Positions 26,960 to 38,400 of a stretch of 64,000 nucleotides of DNA are shown piece after piece (the stretch's first letter is position 1; each line of letters begins with the position of its first letter). The DNA comes from Amphiscolops sp. MND2022 (taxonomy: Eukaryota), in contig OZ076409.1 of the NCBI GenBank assembly GCA_964187785.1, positions 55,864,001-55,928,000 of the forward strand. Direction: 5' to 3'. The position numbers and the translations under genes were made by a program. Under the pieces are notes generated by a model. It was not told the origin of the DNA. It made no database searches and was given only the letters and a program-made list of their open reading frames with translations.

Positions 26960-28393
26960 CAAATGTTATTTTATTGTCAGTACACTTTGGTGAGCACAGC
27001 TTTTTGGTCCTTCAAATTCAGTTTCAATGGCAGCATGAGGTTCCTGATCTCTGATTTGGACAATTGGCCATCTACTTTGCTCAGAAGACCAAAAAAACTA
27101 ATTATGCTTGCATGCAGTGGATCTCATGGCCCCTTGAACATTCGCATTCATCAGTGCAATTCTTCAAAATTGGATTCACTCGAGTTTCTGCTTTGGCAAA
27201 CCTTCCAGGAACTCTTTTTATTCGTGTCCTAGTTTTAACTGAACTGAGGGAAATAGTGCTACAAGTTGACAACTCAGAATTCGAGTTTGTGATAGCACAA
27301 ACACCTCTTTGAGGTGCTGTATCCAAAGTTCCAAGGGTATTCTTGGACGGGTTTGTATTCAAAGGGTCTGTTATATGTGCATCATCATCTTCAATGGTCC
27401 TCGAACATGAGGGCCTGAGACCTTCTAGTTCATGCTGAGGTATTCGTGCATCATTGGTGTCTGGTTATGACCGGGTATTCATATGGTCGTTTTCGGTTTA
27501 AATTTCGGCACTGCACACAGCGTCTCTGATTATCAATGTCTGATAGCAAGTAAGTCCTTTATTGGAAAAATCCTCCTACAATTCAGCCAATTTAGGCCCT
27601 AAATCAAGTCGTTCTGACAACTCCCGTATCTGAGGTAGGGAATCTTCATCTGATTGTTCATTTCTGACCTTCAGGATGATGTGTCGAGGAAAATCATTAT
27701 TGTGTCTCCTGGGATTCGTCATCCTCAAAGGGCAATTAACACACTGTGAAACTGTACCGCGGGCGTTTTTAGTAGAATAGAACGACATCAGGTACTTCCG
27801 GTGCTCTGGTAGAAGGTTTCTATGCACTTTGTCAAGGTGCTGTCCTATTTTTGCGATTTTTTTGTGGCAAATTGTACAATCACGTACTGCTTCCTTCGAT
27901 GTTTTTTTGTGAATTTATCGCCGTTTGGAAGTCAAAATGACCTGCCCATGGGTTGGGTCTTCTAGAGGAACTTCAACTTGTGTAGAAGATGCCGCGGGAA
28001 GGTCAGCGGCGGGGGAAAGTTGTAGACCGAGATCTGAGATGGTATTCAGGTCAAAAGTTGACATTTCAGCTAGTTGTCGGTCGATCCTTTCCGAGGTCTC
28101 ATTCCCCAAAATACAAATGACTGTTGATTGTATTGTCTCTTCTTCGCTCATGGTAATGTATTGGTACAATTATAACCAGAAAACAATTATTCGTTCAAAA
28201 TTCTAGACCGACTGATCAGTAGGAAGCTGTAAGAGAAAATGACACCTGTCAATAATTCAATAAGTGTACACAGCGTCTCTGAAACAAAACAAGACTCAAA
28301 AATTTTTACACCTGCTAATATTAGTTGACTCAAAGTAACTATACACGTTCGCACGTGCTAGCACTTCCTTTGAGGCGAAAATTAGAAGTGGAC
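26960..28393 (-). pseudogene. Decayed coding sequence of an unclassified (probably mobile) element with a C2H2-like finger and a Cys-rich segment; includes copy 2 of the 440-bp repeat
   Basis: Minus strand reads CTICHKKIAKIGQHLDKVH (about 27880-27825), QCVNCP, and CTDECECSRGHEIHCMQA...CPNQ (about 27160-27050). Frameshifted. Confidence 0.35.
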
Positions 28394-29167
28394 AAACTTT
28401 CCAAAATGCAGCGATATTTTAGCGCTGTAAGTAGCATTCTCGAAGGAAAGATCTTTTCACAAGTCGACATCAAATGAACACTGTCAGAAAAATCAGCCGA
28501 TTCAGCACACGAAAATGAACAATGTGGAGTTCGCTTACTCTATTCTATACAATGAAGGCACAATAGATCTGCGGCCAACACTATCGCAATTCATATAATC
28601 AAAGTTAGCAGACTCTGACATGTTACTAAACACCGCACACAGTAATCATCGAAACTGTTTCCTTATTTCCTCAAAGGGGAAACCGCAGTGAAAGAACTTC
28701 GTATCATCTGGTATTTTTAACAAATGAAACGCTTCGAAATCTTTTCTCATATAAGATCGCGAAGACAAAGGGAATCTTCATTAGGTAGCTCACATAGTCT
28801 GTACAGAAAATTGAAGCCTGTAAATCCTATTGTTCCGGAGTGAAATGCGCTCATTTTCAAAACAACGGTGACAAAAATCCATGTTTTTAAATGGGGGAGA
28901 TCATAAAATATAATGGTGATAACTAGCTGTCTTGTTTCTAAACTTTCAGTGCCAATTAATCTAAAACTGTAATTCAGCATTTAAAAATTCATTTAGTATA
29001 GAGTATATCATGAAAAAATTAGATAACAGGGGAAGACGCATTTTGAGAAAATGCGGAAAATGTCACATCGAAGTAACATTTTCTAACTACTGTAAGCAGT
29101 AATAACTTTGAACTAAAATACTTTTAATGCTTAACTAATCAGCTTCAGTAATAAGCAACTACTGTAC

Positions 29168-29936
29168 TTATGTGCTGATAGCTCCGTGACTCCTTGAATT
29201 GGACGAATCCAAATCGGGCTTGGCCACAATGGGACAATCTTCCTCATTTTCAAACAAAGTCTGCTCTCTATCGGCGAACATCTGCACAATCTGGTTGACA
29301 CTCTTTCCGGCAACTTCGGGCAGTCTTATATACAGGTAGGCTATGAAAATACACAAGAGCACGAAGAATATCATGAACACCCAACCGCACAGTACATCAA
29401 TCAAAGGTGAGAATCCGATTGCAATGGCAAAGTTGCAGAGCCAGTTGACAGTGTTTGCAATAGAGAGGGCTTTGGGTCTGGCTCCGGACGTGAACAATTC
29501 GGGTGCAATCAGCCAAGGAATGGCCCCGGGGCCCAGGGAGAAAAAGGCGATGTAGATAAATATGAAGGCAATAGCAACATACAGTCCCCCGTCGTTCACG
29601 TGTATTCCGCTACAAGTTTGGTCATCGTCTGTAGCGAGGTCGCTAAGTAATAGTCCGACCCCTAACGTGCAAACGCACATTCCGAGTAGACCAATCAGAT
29701 GAGACTTTCGTCTTCCCAATTTGTCAATGGTGAAGACGGATATGGTTGTGACTATCATGTTAACCAGTCCGGTTATGGCCACCATGTAGTTTGGCAAGTC
29801 CTCGTCTTTGTTCACAGCATCTTCCGGTAAAGCTGCCTTGAAGATAGGAGACGAGTAATAGTTGATTGCGTTGATGCCAGACAATTGTTGCGACATGGCC
29901 ATGATACACGAAATTATGAGAGGTCGTCGGAGATAG
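29168..29936 (-). CDS. SLC2A: SLC2A/GLUT gene A, distal terminal exon 4b (TM7-TM12 and C-tail)
   Basis: TTTTCAG|C-YLRRPLIISCIMAMSQQLSGINAINYYS...DKLGRR...GPGAIPWLIAPELF...RLPEVAGK. The phase-2 acceptor matches the exon 3 donor, giving a 541-aa product. Confidence 0.9.
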
Positions 29937-30214
29937 CTGAAAACAAATCAATCTAATTGTAAAACAGGGTATTCCAATCAGAGCATTATCAATCAGACTG
30001 GAAACAAATCAATAAGGTATTTGAGAAATCGAAAGAAAATCAAACAGTTATATGAACATTTTTGCTATGGTGGAAAGCAAAGTTCAAAAAAGAGAATTTA
30101 AAGTCAATTGAATTTATGTTCATATAGAAATTACTCTTTCTGCATATAAATTTATAGCAAGAAACAAACGGAACTATTCGACCAGTAGGAAGACGGGAAA
30201 ACCTCATTTTTTAC

Positions 30215-30620
30215 AAACAAGCCGGGAAAAGCCCAAGTCGGCGCCATATCTAAGGTTCAAAAATAGCAAAAGGACTTCAAAGTGTCAAGTATTCTCTTTT
30301 ACAGTACCCGAATGAGGAAAAAAATTTCCAAAAATTTTTTGAAATTTTATTGAAGTCTCCGGTAAGTCGCATAGTGCCGAAAAATGTAAAAGGAGGGACC
30401 TTTTGGGATTTTTTGAACATGCAAAATAGGAAAAAAATTGAAGGGGGACCCTTTGGAGACATTGCAAAAAAATTGCGAAAAAAAGTCTCACAAAGCCGAA
30501 ATAACTTAGTCAAGGGCGAGACTCGAACCCACGTCCTTCTGCTTGGCAAACCTCAAAAAAACTCTAGTTAACCTCTATGTCAAGTGCCAGTAGAAGTAGC
30601 AGTTTAGTGAGTCTATGGAC
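30215..30620. mobile_element. Helentron-associated (HINE/DINE-1-like) non-autonomous repeat, partial copy
   Basis: Starts AAACAAGCCGGGAAAAGCCCAAGTCGGCGCCATATCTAAGG and shares blocks with 38003-38400. The right end is uncertain. Confidence 0.55.
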
Positions 30621-31297
30621 CGCTTGATTTTCAAAACCGATTGATCCTACTATCGAGAAATTATAGATTTCAGAGAGAAAATTTTTTTTAGCACATGGGA
30701 AAAGTTTGTTCTTAAATACCAATGTATTCAATCATCCAAACAGAACAAAAAACGAGCTCAAGCACTTTCTCTAGTCTCTGCTCTAGATCAATTGAAAATG
30801 CTTGTAGATTAATTTTTAAAAATTTTAATGCTTCAACTAAATTTTATTCAAAAATTTCTGAAATTATGATGAAACTATATGTAAAATCGATTTGCCGACA
30901 TTACCATCTCTTACAGAAAGATCTGAGCTTTTTCGAGTCGCAAAATTATCTGCGAAAATGATGCTACTAAAAATACTTTCTCGGGCTGTTATGGCTGAAA
31001 TAATCCTTGCCGTGCTCGGTGCTATAATTAAAATCCAATACTTTAACCTATTTTTGGAGGAAAATGTTTTAATATATTGAGATTGATCATAATGATCTTT
31101 TCTTGGAAATTACCTCATACACCAAATGAAAAAACAAGAGAAAACTTTGAGGATGCTATCAAAAATGAAATGACCAGGTTAATTCAGTGAATTAATGAAT
31201 TCTTCAAATCAACTTGTATAGATAGTTACTTGAAATGCCTTGAAATTAATGTTGTCAACTCATTAGGTTTTCAAGTCCGCTTGATTGACATAAAACT

Positions 31298-32063
31298 TCA
31301 AAATCGGCTGTTTTCCAAGCTAGTTGCTCTATCTGTATTTCGGGCTTCATTTTCGACAATTGGTTGTTTTTCACTGGCCATGAAGCTCTGACTCATCAGA
31401 GCAAACATGAGGACAATTTCGTTCACAGGTTTTCCTTTAACTTCAGGCAATTTGAAGTAGAGGAAGGTGGTGAAGAAACAGAGGAACCCAAAAAAGATCA
31501 TAAACACCCACCCACACAGAGCACCTATGAGTGGGGGGAACCCAAGAGCTATGGAAAAGTTACAAAGCCAGTTGACAGTATTGGCAATGGATAGAGCCTT
31601 TGGTCTGGCCCCGGCTGAAAAAAGTTCCGGGGTAATAAGCCAGGGTATAGGACCCGGACCAATGGACACGGATATGATATAAACAAAGATGAAAACAATT
31701 GCAATGTATATTCCTGTATCGCCTACGCTGATACCATGGCAAACTTGGTCATCGTCAGTTGCCAAGTCACTGAGTAAGATTCCAGTGGATAAAGCAGCGA
31801 CCGCCATTCCGACTAAGCCAATCAGATGAGACGCTCTTCTTCCGATCCAGTCAATAGTAAAGAGAGATATAACAGTAGCCAAAAAGTTCACTACCCCTGT
31901 TAAGGCTACCAGGTAATTGGGCCAGTCAGCATTTTTTTCCAACATGTCAGCCGGGAGAGCGGCCTTGAAAATAGGTGCTGAGTAATAGTTGATTGCGACA
32001 ATGCCAGACAACTGTTGCGACATCGCCATTGCGCAAGAAACGATCAGAGGTCTTCGCAGCTTT
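31298..32063 (-). CDS. SLC2A: SLC2A/GLUT gene A, proximal terminal exon 4a (TM7-TM12 and C-tail)
   Basis: TGTTCAG|A-KLRRPLIVSCAMAMSQQLSGIVAINYYS...DWIGRR...GPGPIPWLITPELF...KLPEVKGK. Phase-2 acceptor; gives a 540-aa product. Confidence 0.9.
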
Positions 32064-33849
32064 CTGAACAGCGAAGAGCAAATTAGAAGCAGAAACATAC
32101 AAAGCAACAAATGGCGATGATCGACGAAGAACATGCACAGATGATCAGCTGCTATGGTCGGGAATCAGGAAACGGTGCAAGTAAAACCAAGAAGCTTTGT
32201 CACGAGCGCTCAACTACCGCAACGTCTGCATCCAAAACACTTTTCTCGACATGCATTCTTTGATATTTTCATGATAATTATGATCTCATCCAATCAAATC
32301 GCATAGCTTCTTCGGAAAGTATTCCTACGCAGAACATTTGGCTAAACTTCCACTTCTGGACAAAAAGAACCCACTGCGACCGTTTTATGATTACCCTTTA
32401 ATGAGTTTTGACGAAATTGATGAGAGTGAAGTTCAATGAAAATCTATATAATATACTTTATAGTGTATGTCGAGCCTAGACCAGTTGACCGAGTAATCGG
32501 TTAAATAAGTGTTAAAACCGGTTTAAAAATTTTATTTCATCAACGAAAAAGCGGCAGAAAGTCGGAATTGAACTACCAGTGGATGCACTTCGTTTTGGTT
32601 ATATGTGATATTAGTTTTGTACAGTTCTACACAGTAATTACATTTACTTGTTACCAGTGCTATTTCGCAAGGAATTTTCAGCACATATGTTTGAATTTGA
32701 AAACCATAATTTTTTTGAATTCGATAGAAATTCGTTCAAATTATAATACAGTTTATTGAAAGACTTTTTTTTCAATGGTAGTTGAGATAATTTTTCGAAT
32801 AACCGATTATTTTAGACGATTGATAGGTTAGGTGACAGTCTGAACTAGTCCAGACTCTGATTGTATGTAAATGTATATATTATACTTTCTACTTCAGAGT
32901 TTTGTACAGAATCCAAGATACTGATTTCAAGTCTCAACCTTTCTTCAACATATCGCTTCAGACCCCAAGGCGGCCTTCGTAAAGAGCTGCTGCTTGTCAC
33001 GCTGCTGCGAGTCATATTACTCACATCCACTTTGCGTCGGTATTTGAGCCAAAAGATGGAAAGGATTGATTATATCGCAGCCGATAAGTCTCCAGCCAAT
33101 AAATGATTGTCATCTCATTGTTCCAGCCATGATGCCTTAAGATGATAGTCAATTGATGATCTCAATTGATGATAGTCGCGTCCTAATTAGACTGATAGAC
33201 TTGTTTTGACATGACGGATGAGAGTGATGCCTCATGAAGAAGACATTGATTTGCTAACCAACCCTATGGGGTTTAGGACATTGTCAGACTTTTCATCGAA
33301 GCGTTTCGTCTCCTTCTAAATGTCTTGCTAATTTCACTTAGCAAGGCACAATTACTAGTCTGGAACGTTTTGCATTTGCATTGTTTTTTTCTGAGTTCTG
33401 CAAATTTAGTTTACTTAAACAGCTTTGATTTTTTCAGAAATAGATCATTGCTCTTTTTGATTTTGGTATTGTTTCAAAATACTTTCAGAAGCTGAATAAA
33501 CCAAATTTGGATCGGAACGAGGACGCAATCATTTCTAGCATTCAATATATGGTCTCGCTGATGTATTGTTTGTTCTTCAAGGTGTTGCCAGTAAATTCTA
33601 AAGTTCAGTTCATCAGCCACCGGGTTCAAAAATGTGAAAAAAATCAATAATTATTGGAGATGTTCCAACGCATAAATCTGATTGTTGGGACATACCGACG
33701 ACGCAGTCATCAGCAATTAAGGGACGTTCGTTTCAAAAAGTGCAATCAACTACAAAACAAAATTTAAACGAGAGAAATGATTTGTCGAAACCTTTGGAAC
33801 ACGCCGAAACAGCCCGAGTCCGTTTGCAGCTCAAAAAGAGCAAAGTCTT

Positions 33850-35150
33850 TCAAACGCGAAGTTGTGAAGAAACGTAAGTTGAAAGCTGCCTGATGGATGA
33901 ATCTAGATCTTGGGGAAGCGTTCGATAGCGTCTGGTATAATCTTCTACTGTTTAAACATTGGATAGCAGGTATTCGCGGACCCTTGTTCATTCTACTCCA
34001 AACTTTCTTCAAGGCAGTGTGCTATCACTCTTATAAATCATCTTTTACATCACAGAATGCTGAAAACACCACGGGTATCAAGTTATAGTATGTAGATGAC
34101 TCGCTTACACTGTTGTGGAAATCTCTCTTCATCGAATTTTTCAAAGAAATCCTAACCTCGTCAAAAGGTGCCGTACATAAAAAATTAGAATAAACGGATC
34201 CAAAACTGAAATAATGTCTACAAATTCTGATGTGGGGACGACTCCCATTTTCACCTGGGAACTGATTCATGCAAAGTTCGAAACAAAACCAAATTTCTGG
34301 ATCGATAGTTGATAATTCCTGTACATTCAAGGATCAGACGAAGTTAGATGGTAGTCCATTGTAAGACCAAATGGAGAGAACTTCAGATTCATTTCACTGC
34401 TGGATGGGGTCTGTGCCGAATCACACTAACTGTCTTGTACGAAACGGTGGTTCTACCAACTCTACTGGACTCTGCTCTTGTATGGTCGAAGCAAAAAGAG
34501 ACAAAACTGCAAAACTTCCAGACTTTTGTCATTCGAAATGTATTCCAAACCAGCTTTAATCTCAGCGCGATGGCTGATGATGCCAAATTGGGCACACCAC
34601 TTAACGACATCGTTTGTCGAAACGAATCCGCGGAATTCTTCATCAAAGTACACTAGCAGACAGACTTTTTGGCCGAATTAGAAAACGAAGGATCTGTAAC
34701 TTTTGTAACTATCCACAGAAACATACTCGAAACTTTTTACAATCAAAAGAACTTGAAACAAACTGACCCATTGAGCTACACTGGTAATATCAGTCGAACC
34801 CACATACTGAGACAATGGAAATCCAGAGGGCAATACCCGGACTTCGAAACTAACCTTTGTAAAATTGTACCTTGTGTATACACAGACCCCGTTTGATAAA
34901 ATTCACTATACAGAAGGAAATCATGAGGAACGCCATCGAGTTACTCTTGGACATCATCCCGTCACTGAAAAACTTAGCTCTCAAAAGAAGCTTGACAGCC
35001 GGTACCATGTCCTCCTGACACAAAAAAGATACTGCCATACTTTTTGTTTTGATTGCCAGAAAGTGGTGACATAAAAGCTGTCCAAGGGAAACTTTACCTT
35101 GTGGGACAAAAACGAATATTGAACTAAACAAAACTAATAAAAAGTAGTGG
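33850..35150 (+). mobile_element. Decayed non-LTR (LINE) retrotransposon RT fragment
   Basis: LDLGEAFDSVWYNLLLFK...GIRGPL (RT LDxxKAFD motif); L*YVDD near 34090; LYETVVLPTLLDSALVWS. Boundaries are approximate. Confidence 0.7.
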
Positions 35151-36294
35151 AGATCTTGAAAACATAAACCAATACTTTTCAACATGTGAATATGCCCGCA
35201 TAAAGGGGCTAAAGTAGAATATATGTATTTTGCAAACTCTAATCAACATTAGAGTTCTGGTAAAAATTTACAGAACCTACCTTGGAGATTCAGCTATTTT
35301 TTTGACTGAAAACATCGCAAAACCAAAATTTGTGGATTTTATTTGAAGCCACAAATTGCCAAAAGGGAAACCTTCAGGCTTGCAAAACACGTTTTTTGAA
35401 AACATCATAAAAACCCAGGGGGATCTTTGATCCCTTTTGATATTTCAAACAAAAGAAGTCAAGCACATCGCGGGATTGGAACCAACGTACTTGCTTACTA
35501 TTACCAATCACCATGCAATGACTCACGCGTTAATCTCCAGGCCTAGTGGAAAGTACTTGGCAGCTTTCCACCAGCATCTAATAGTTTCTGGCCTAATTGT
35601 TGGAATAAAAATAGTGGAATAAACGTTTTAATGAAATTCCTGCTCTAAAACTATGATTTTTGTTAAATATGAAAACAAAACGTACAAAAGTTCAGCGAAA
35701 TTGCGGTACAATTTGTTAGAGAGGCAATCAAATATTTATTATTGAAATCCCTTCGGAGCAGTAATAATAGTAGCGTTTAGTTCCAATAGAGCGCTGATTA
35801 AAAAAATCATTCAAGCTGTCACGATTTGCAATTACCAGTACCCTCTTCCCAGAAATTGCTGAAAAATTCCGTGGTTCCCGAAATGAAAAAATTTAGAACA
35901 CAAACTACAAGAACAAAAACACAGTGAAACAACAAAAAATTGTTTCAATGTTAGGTAAATCCTTTATCCTTTTGTTTAGCAGAAAATAGGAGTTTAGTAA
36001 GCTTTCATGAAGCACGTTCAATAAAACTGCATGACTAGAAAAAAAGGATCTTTTTATTCAAACTTGAAACTCTGCTGAATAGAAATGGATTAAAGCTCTA
36101 AAGCTTGTTTGAAACAAAGACTAAGAAAACATCCTCCACGGAGAAGCTTGGATGAAGTGATTTTTTGAGACGGAATTTATAATTACAGAATGCAGAAATT
36201 ATGCGGTCATGAATTATTGAAAAAACTGCAGAGTTTTTGAAAAGATGAGAATCAGTCTGATTTTGTACGAGGCAAAGCGAAATTGCGAACTAAC

Positions 36295-36706
36295 CCAATT
36301 TTAATGAAGTCGTGGTAGCTAACAGGTGGCTCTGACTTATCCTTGCGATCTTCCTCAATAATTTCCTCCATCTCTTCTTCAATGCTGGCATCTTTGCCCC
36401 TCAGCCTGGACAAAGCCTCTCTGCACCCGTCTCTGTCGCCCTCCTCGATCAACAAGTATCGTGGACTAGAAGGACACATGGGCAGAAATATACACTGGAT
36501 CAACCCAAAGGCCAGAGTCAAGTTGAACAACTGAGGCCAGTAGTCTGGACCTCCGAGGATGGATTGGAATCCGAAGATTTGAGCCACCAGGATCCCGAAC
36601 ACACACGTCAGCTGGAACGTGACTCCGATGCCACCTCTAATTGCTTTAGGAGCTATTTCGGAGAGGTACATAGGACAAACAGCTGTTCCCACTCCGTTGT
36701 TTATTC
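36295..36706 (-). CDS. SLC2A: SLC2A/GLUT gene A, coding exon 3
   Basis: CACAG|GINNGVGTAVCPMYLSEIAPKAIRGGIG...QIFG...MCPSSPRYLLI...DFIKIG|GTTAGT. Phase 1 in, phase 2 out. Confidence 0.93.
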
Positions 36707-37110
36707 CTGTGAAAAAAAAATAATTTTTTGAAAAAAATAATTTTTTGAAAAAAAATTGCTGACAGAAATTTTGGTTGATTTTCATGGAAGCTAAAATATG
36801 AAAGTTTTCTGCAATACCTGGATCTTTCAAGTGAAGAAAACAACATAACTGGATCTGATTTAAACACTTCTCATCTATGGTCACGCTTAACTCATGACCG
36901 TATATCGTTAATTTTACTAATCTTTTCTGTAAAAACGGCACTAAAAGTAGACCCGTTTTGGCGATCAACAAGGCAAAGTTTTGAAGAACGTTGATTTCAA
37001 AGAACTTCCTGATGGCACTGAGAAAGACTTTTGCGCAAAACAAAAATTTAGAAAAACTTTCAAGTCATCTCAAAAATCACAGTTTTTCATGACGAGTCAT
37101 ATTCACCTAC

Positions 37111-37387
37111 CAGTGATAAGACGTCCAATGAGGAACATTTCATAAGAGTCAGCGGGCTTAGAGCATGATTGTAAAAGCGATCCGATTAAGAGAAGAACAT
37201 TGTTGACCAACATGGTCCGTTTCCGGCCAAATTTTTTGGCCAGTGCAGCACCCAGGAAGCAACCAAGGGGGGCTACCAATGCCCATACAGCAACACACAT
37301 GGACCAGTACCACTTAAGGGAGTTGTCTGAGAACTTGGAACCGTGTCGCTTCATTTTGGCCTCGTTGAAAAAATCTTTGATATTGTC
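37111..37387 (-). CDS. SLC2A: SLC2A/GLUT gene A, coding exon 2
   Basis: TTGCAG|DNIKDFFNEAK...KFGRKRTMLVNN...YEMFLIGRLITG|GTAGGT; 277 nt. Confidence 0.93.
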
Positions 37388-38002
37388 CTGCAAAATTGGA
37401 AAACTTTGAACAAAACCAAGTTTTACTTGCTGACTTTTGTAACGAATAGCAAGTCATAAGTTAGCAGGAGTCTGTTATCAAAATACTTAGAACCTCTTCA
37501 AATGTTTTGGAAAAGTATTGATTGTTCCGAATTCTAATGTTCTCTTTAGTCAATGGGCTAAATGTTTCAGTAGACCTTCGTCACCGATTACGTGTCAAAC
37601 AGGAATCTGCTGTTTTGCGCTGCGCTTTCAAATGCAGACTTCAATGTACTGACGAAAGCTTTAGTAATAGTTTTTGAATAATCAGGTTTGAGACAAGAAC
37701 CAGACAACAAGCGGTTAGCTAAGTGCAAAACATGAAATTGTTGAGCGTATGACTCAAGAACAGCATGTCCAAGCAATTGTTTTCTCATACTTTTTGGGCT
37801 TCGCACGGTTTATTCATGAATTTAGATGAGCACTTAGCTACCAAGAGTTGAACTCATGAGCCTTTGAACTCATGCATGAGCCTTTTATACAATTTCTTAC
37901 ATGAATCCACATTAACATTGCAAACAATTCTGTTTCGTTAGTTTCAGTTAACGGCCGATTACCGATTTGGCCCAGATTTCCGAGGGAGACAAAGTAAATT
38001 TT

Positions 38003-38400
38003 AAACAAGCCGGGAACGGCCCAAGTCGGCGCCATATCTAAGGCTCAAAAATAGCAGAAGGACTTCAAAATGTCAAAGTATTGGTGAATTGGGGACCCTT
38101 TTAAGAAAAAACAACAAAAGCTCTCAAAAAACTAAAAATTGAGAAAAAAAACTTTTTGAAATTTTTTTTCGAAGTTTCCGGTAAGTCGCATAGTGCCGAA
38201 AAATGTAAAAGGGGGGACGCTTTTTATCTCACGTTTGACGCTTTGGATGCGTTGAAAATGAAGTACTAAGTACATATGGTAAAAGTTGGTAAATGTGCAT
38301 TAATTGGATTAATGCACAAAAAGTGGACGTACGCGTTGAACTGACGAAAAAAAACTAGCCACTGTAAGAGTCGGGATTTTCTTCAAAAACGCCGACTAAA
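38003..38400. mobile_element. Helentron-associated (HINE/DINE-1-like) non-autonomous element
   Basis: AAACAAG terminus, short hairpin GCCG-GGAA-CGGC, subterminal inverted repeat AGTCGGCG...CGCCGACT and a nearby inverted AGTCGG. Second copy at 30215. Confidence 0.6.

Noticed and set aside
30510..30550. tRNA gene (GAGACTCGAACCCACG B-box-like); similar word near 35470
   Set aside because: No complete cloverleaf could be built; at most a tRNA-derived remnant inside a repeat.
36707..37043. N-terminal extension of ORF 36252..37043 (and of 31298..32134) as protein
   Set aside because: Intronic read-through upstream of clear splice acceptors; GLUT homology starts only at the acceptors.
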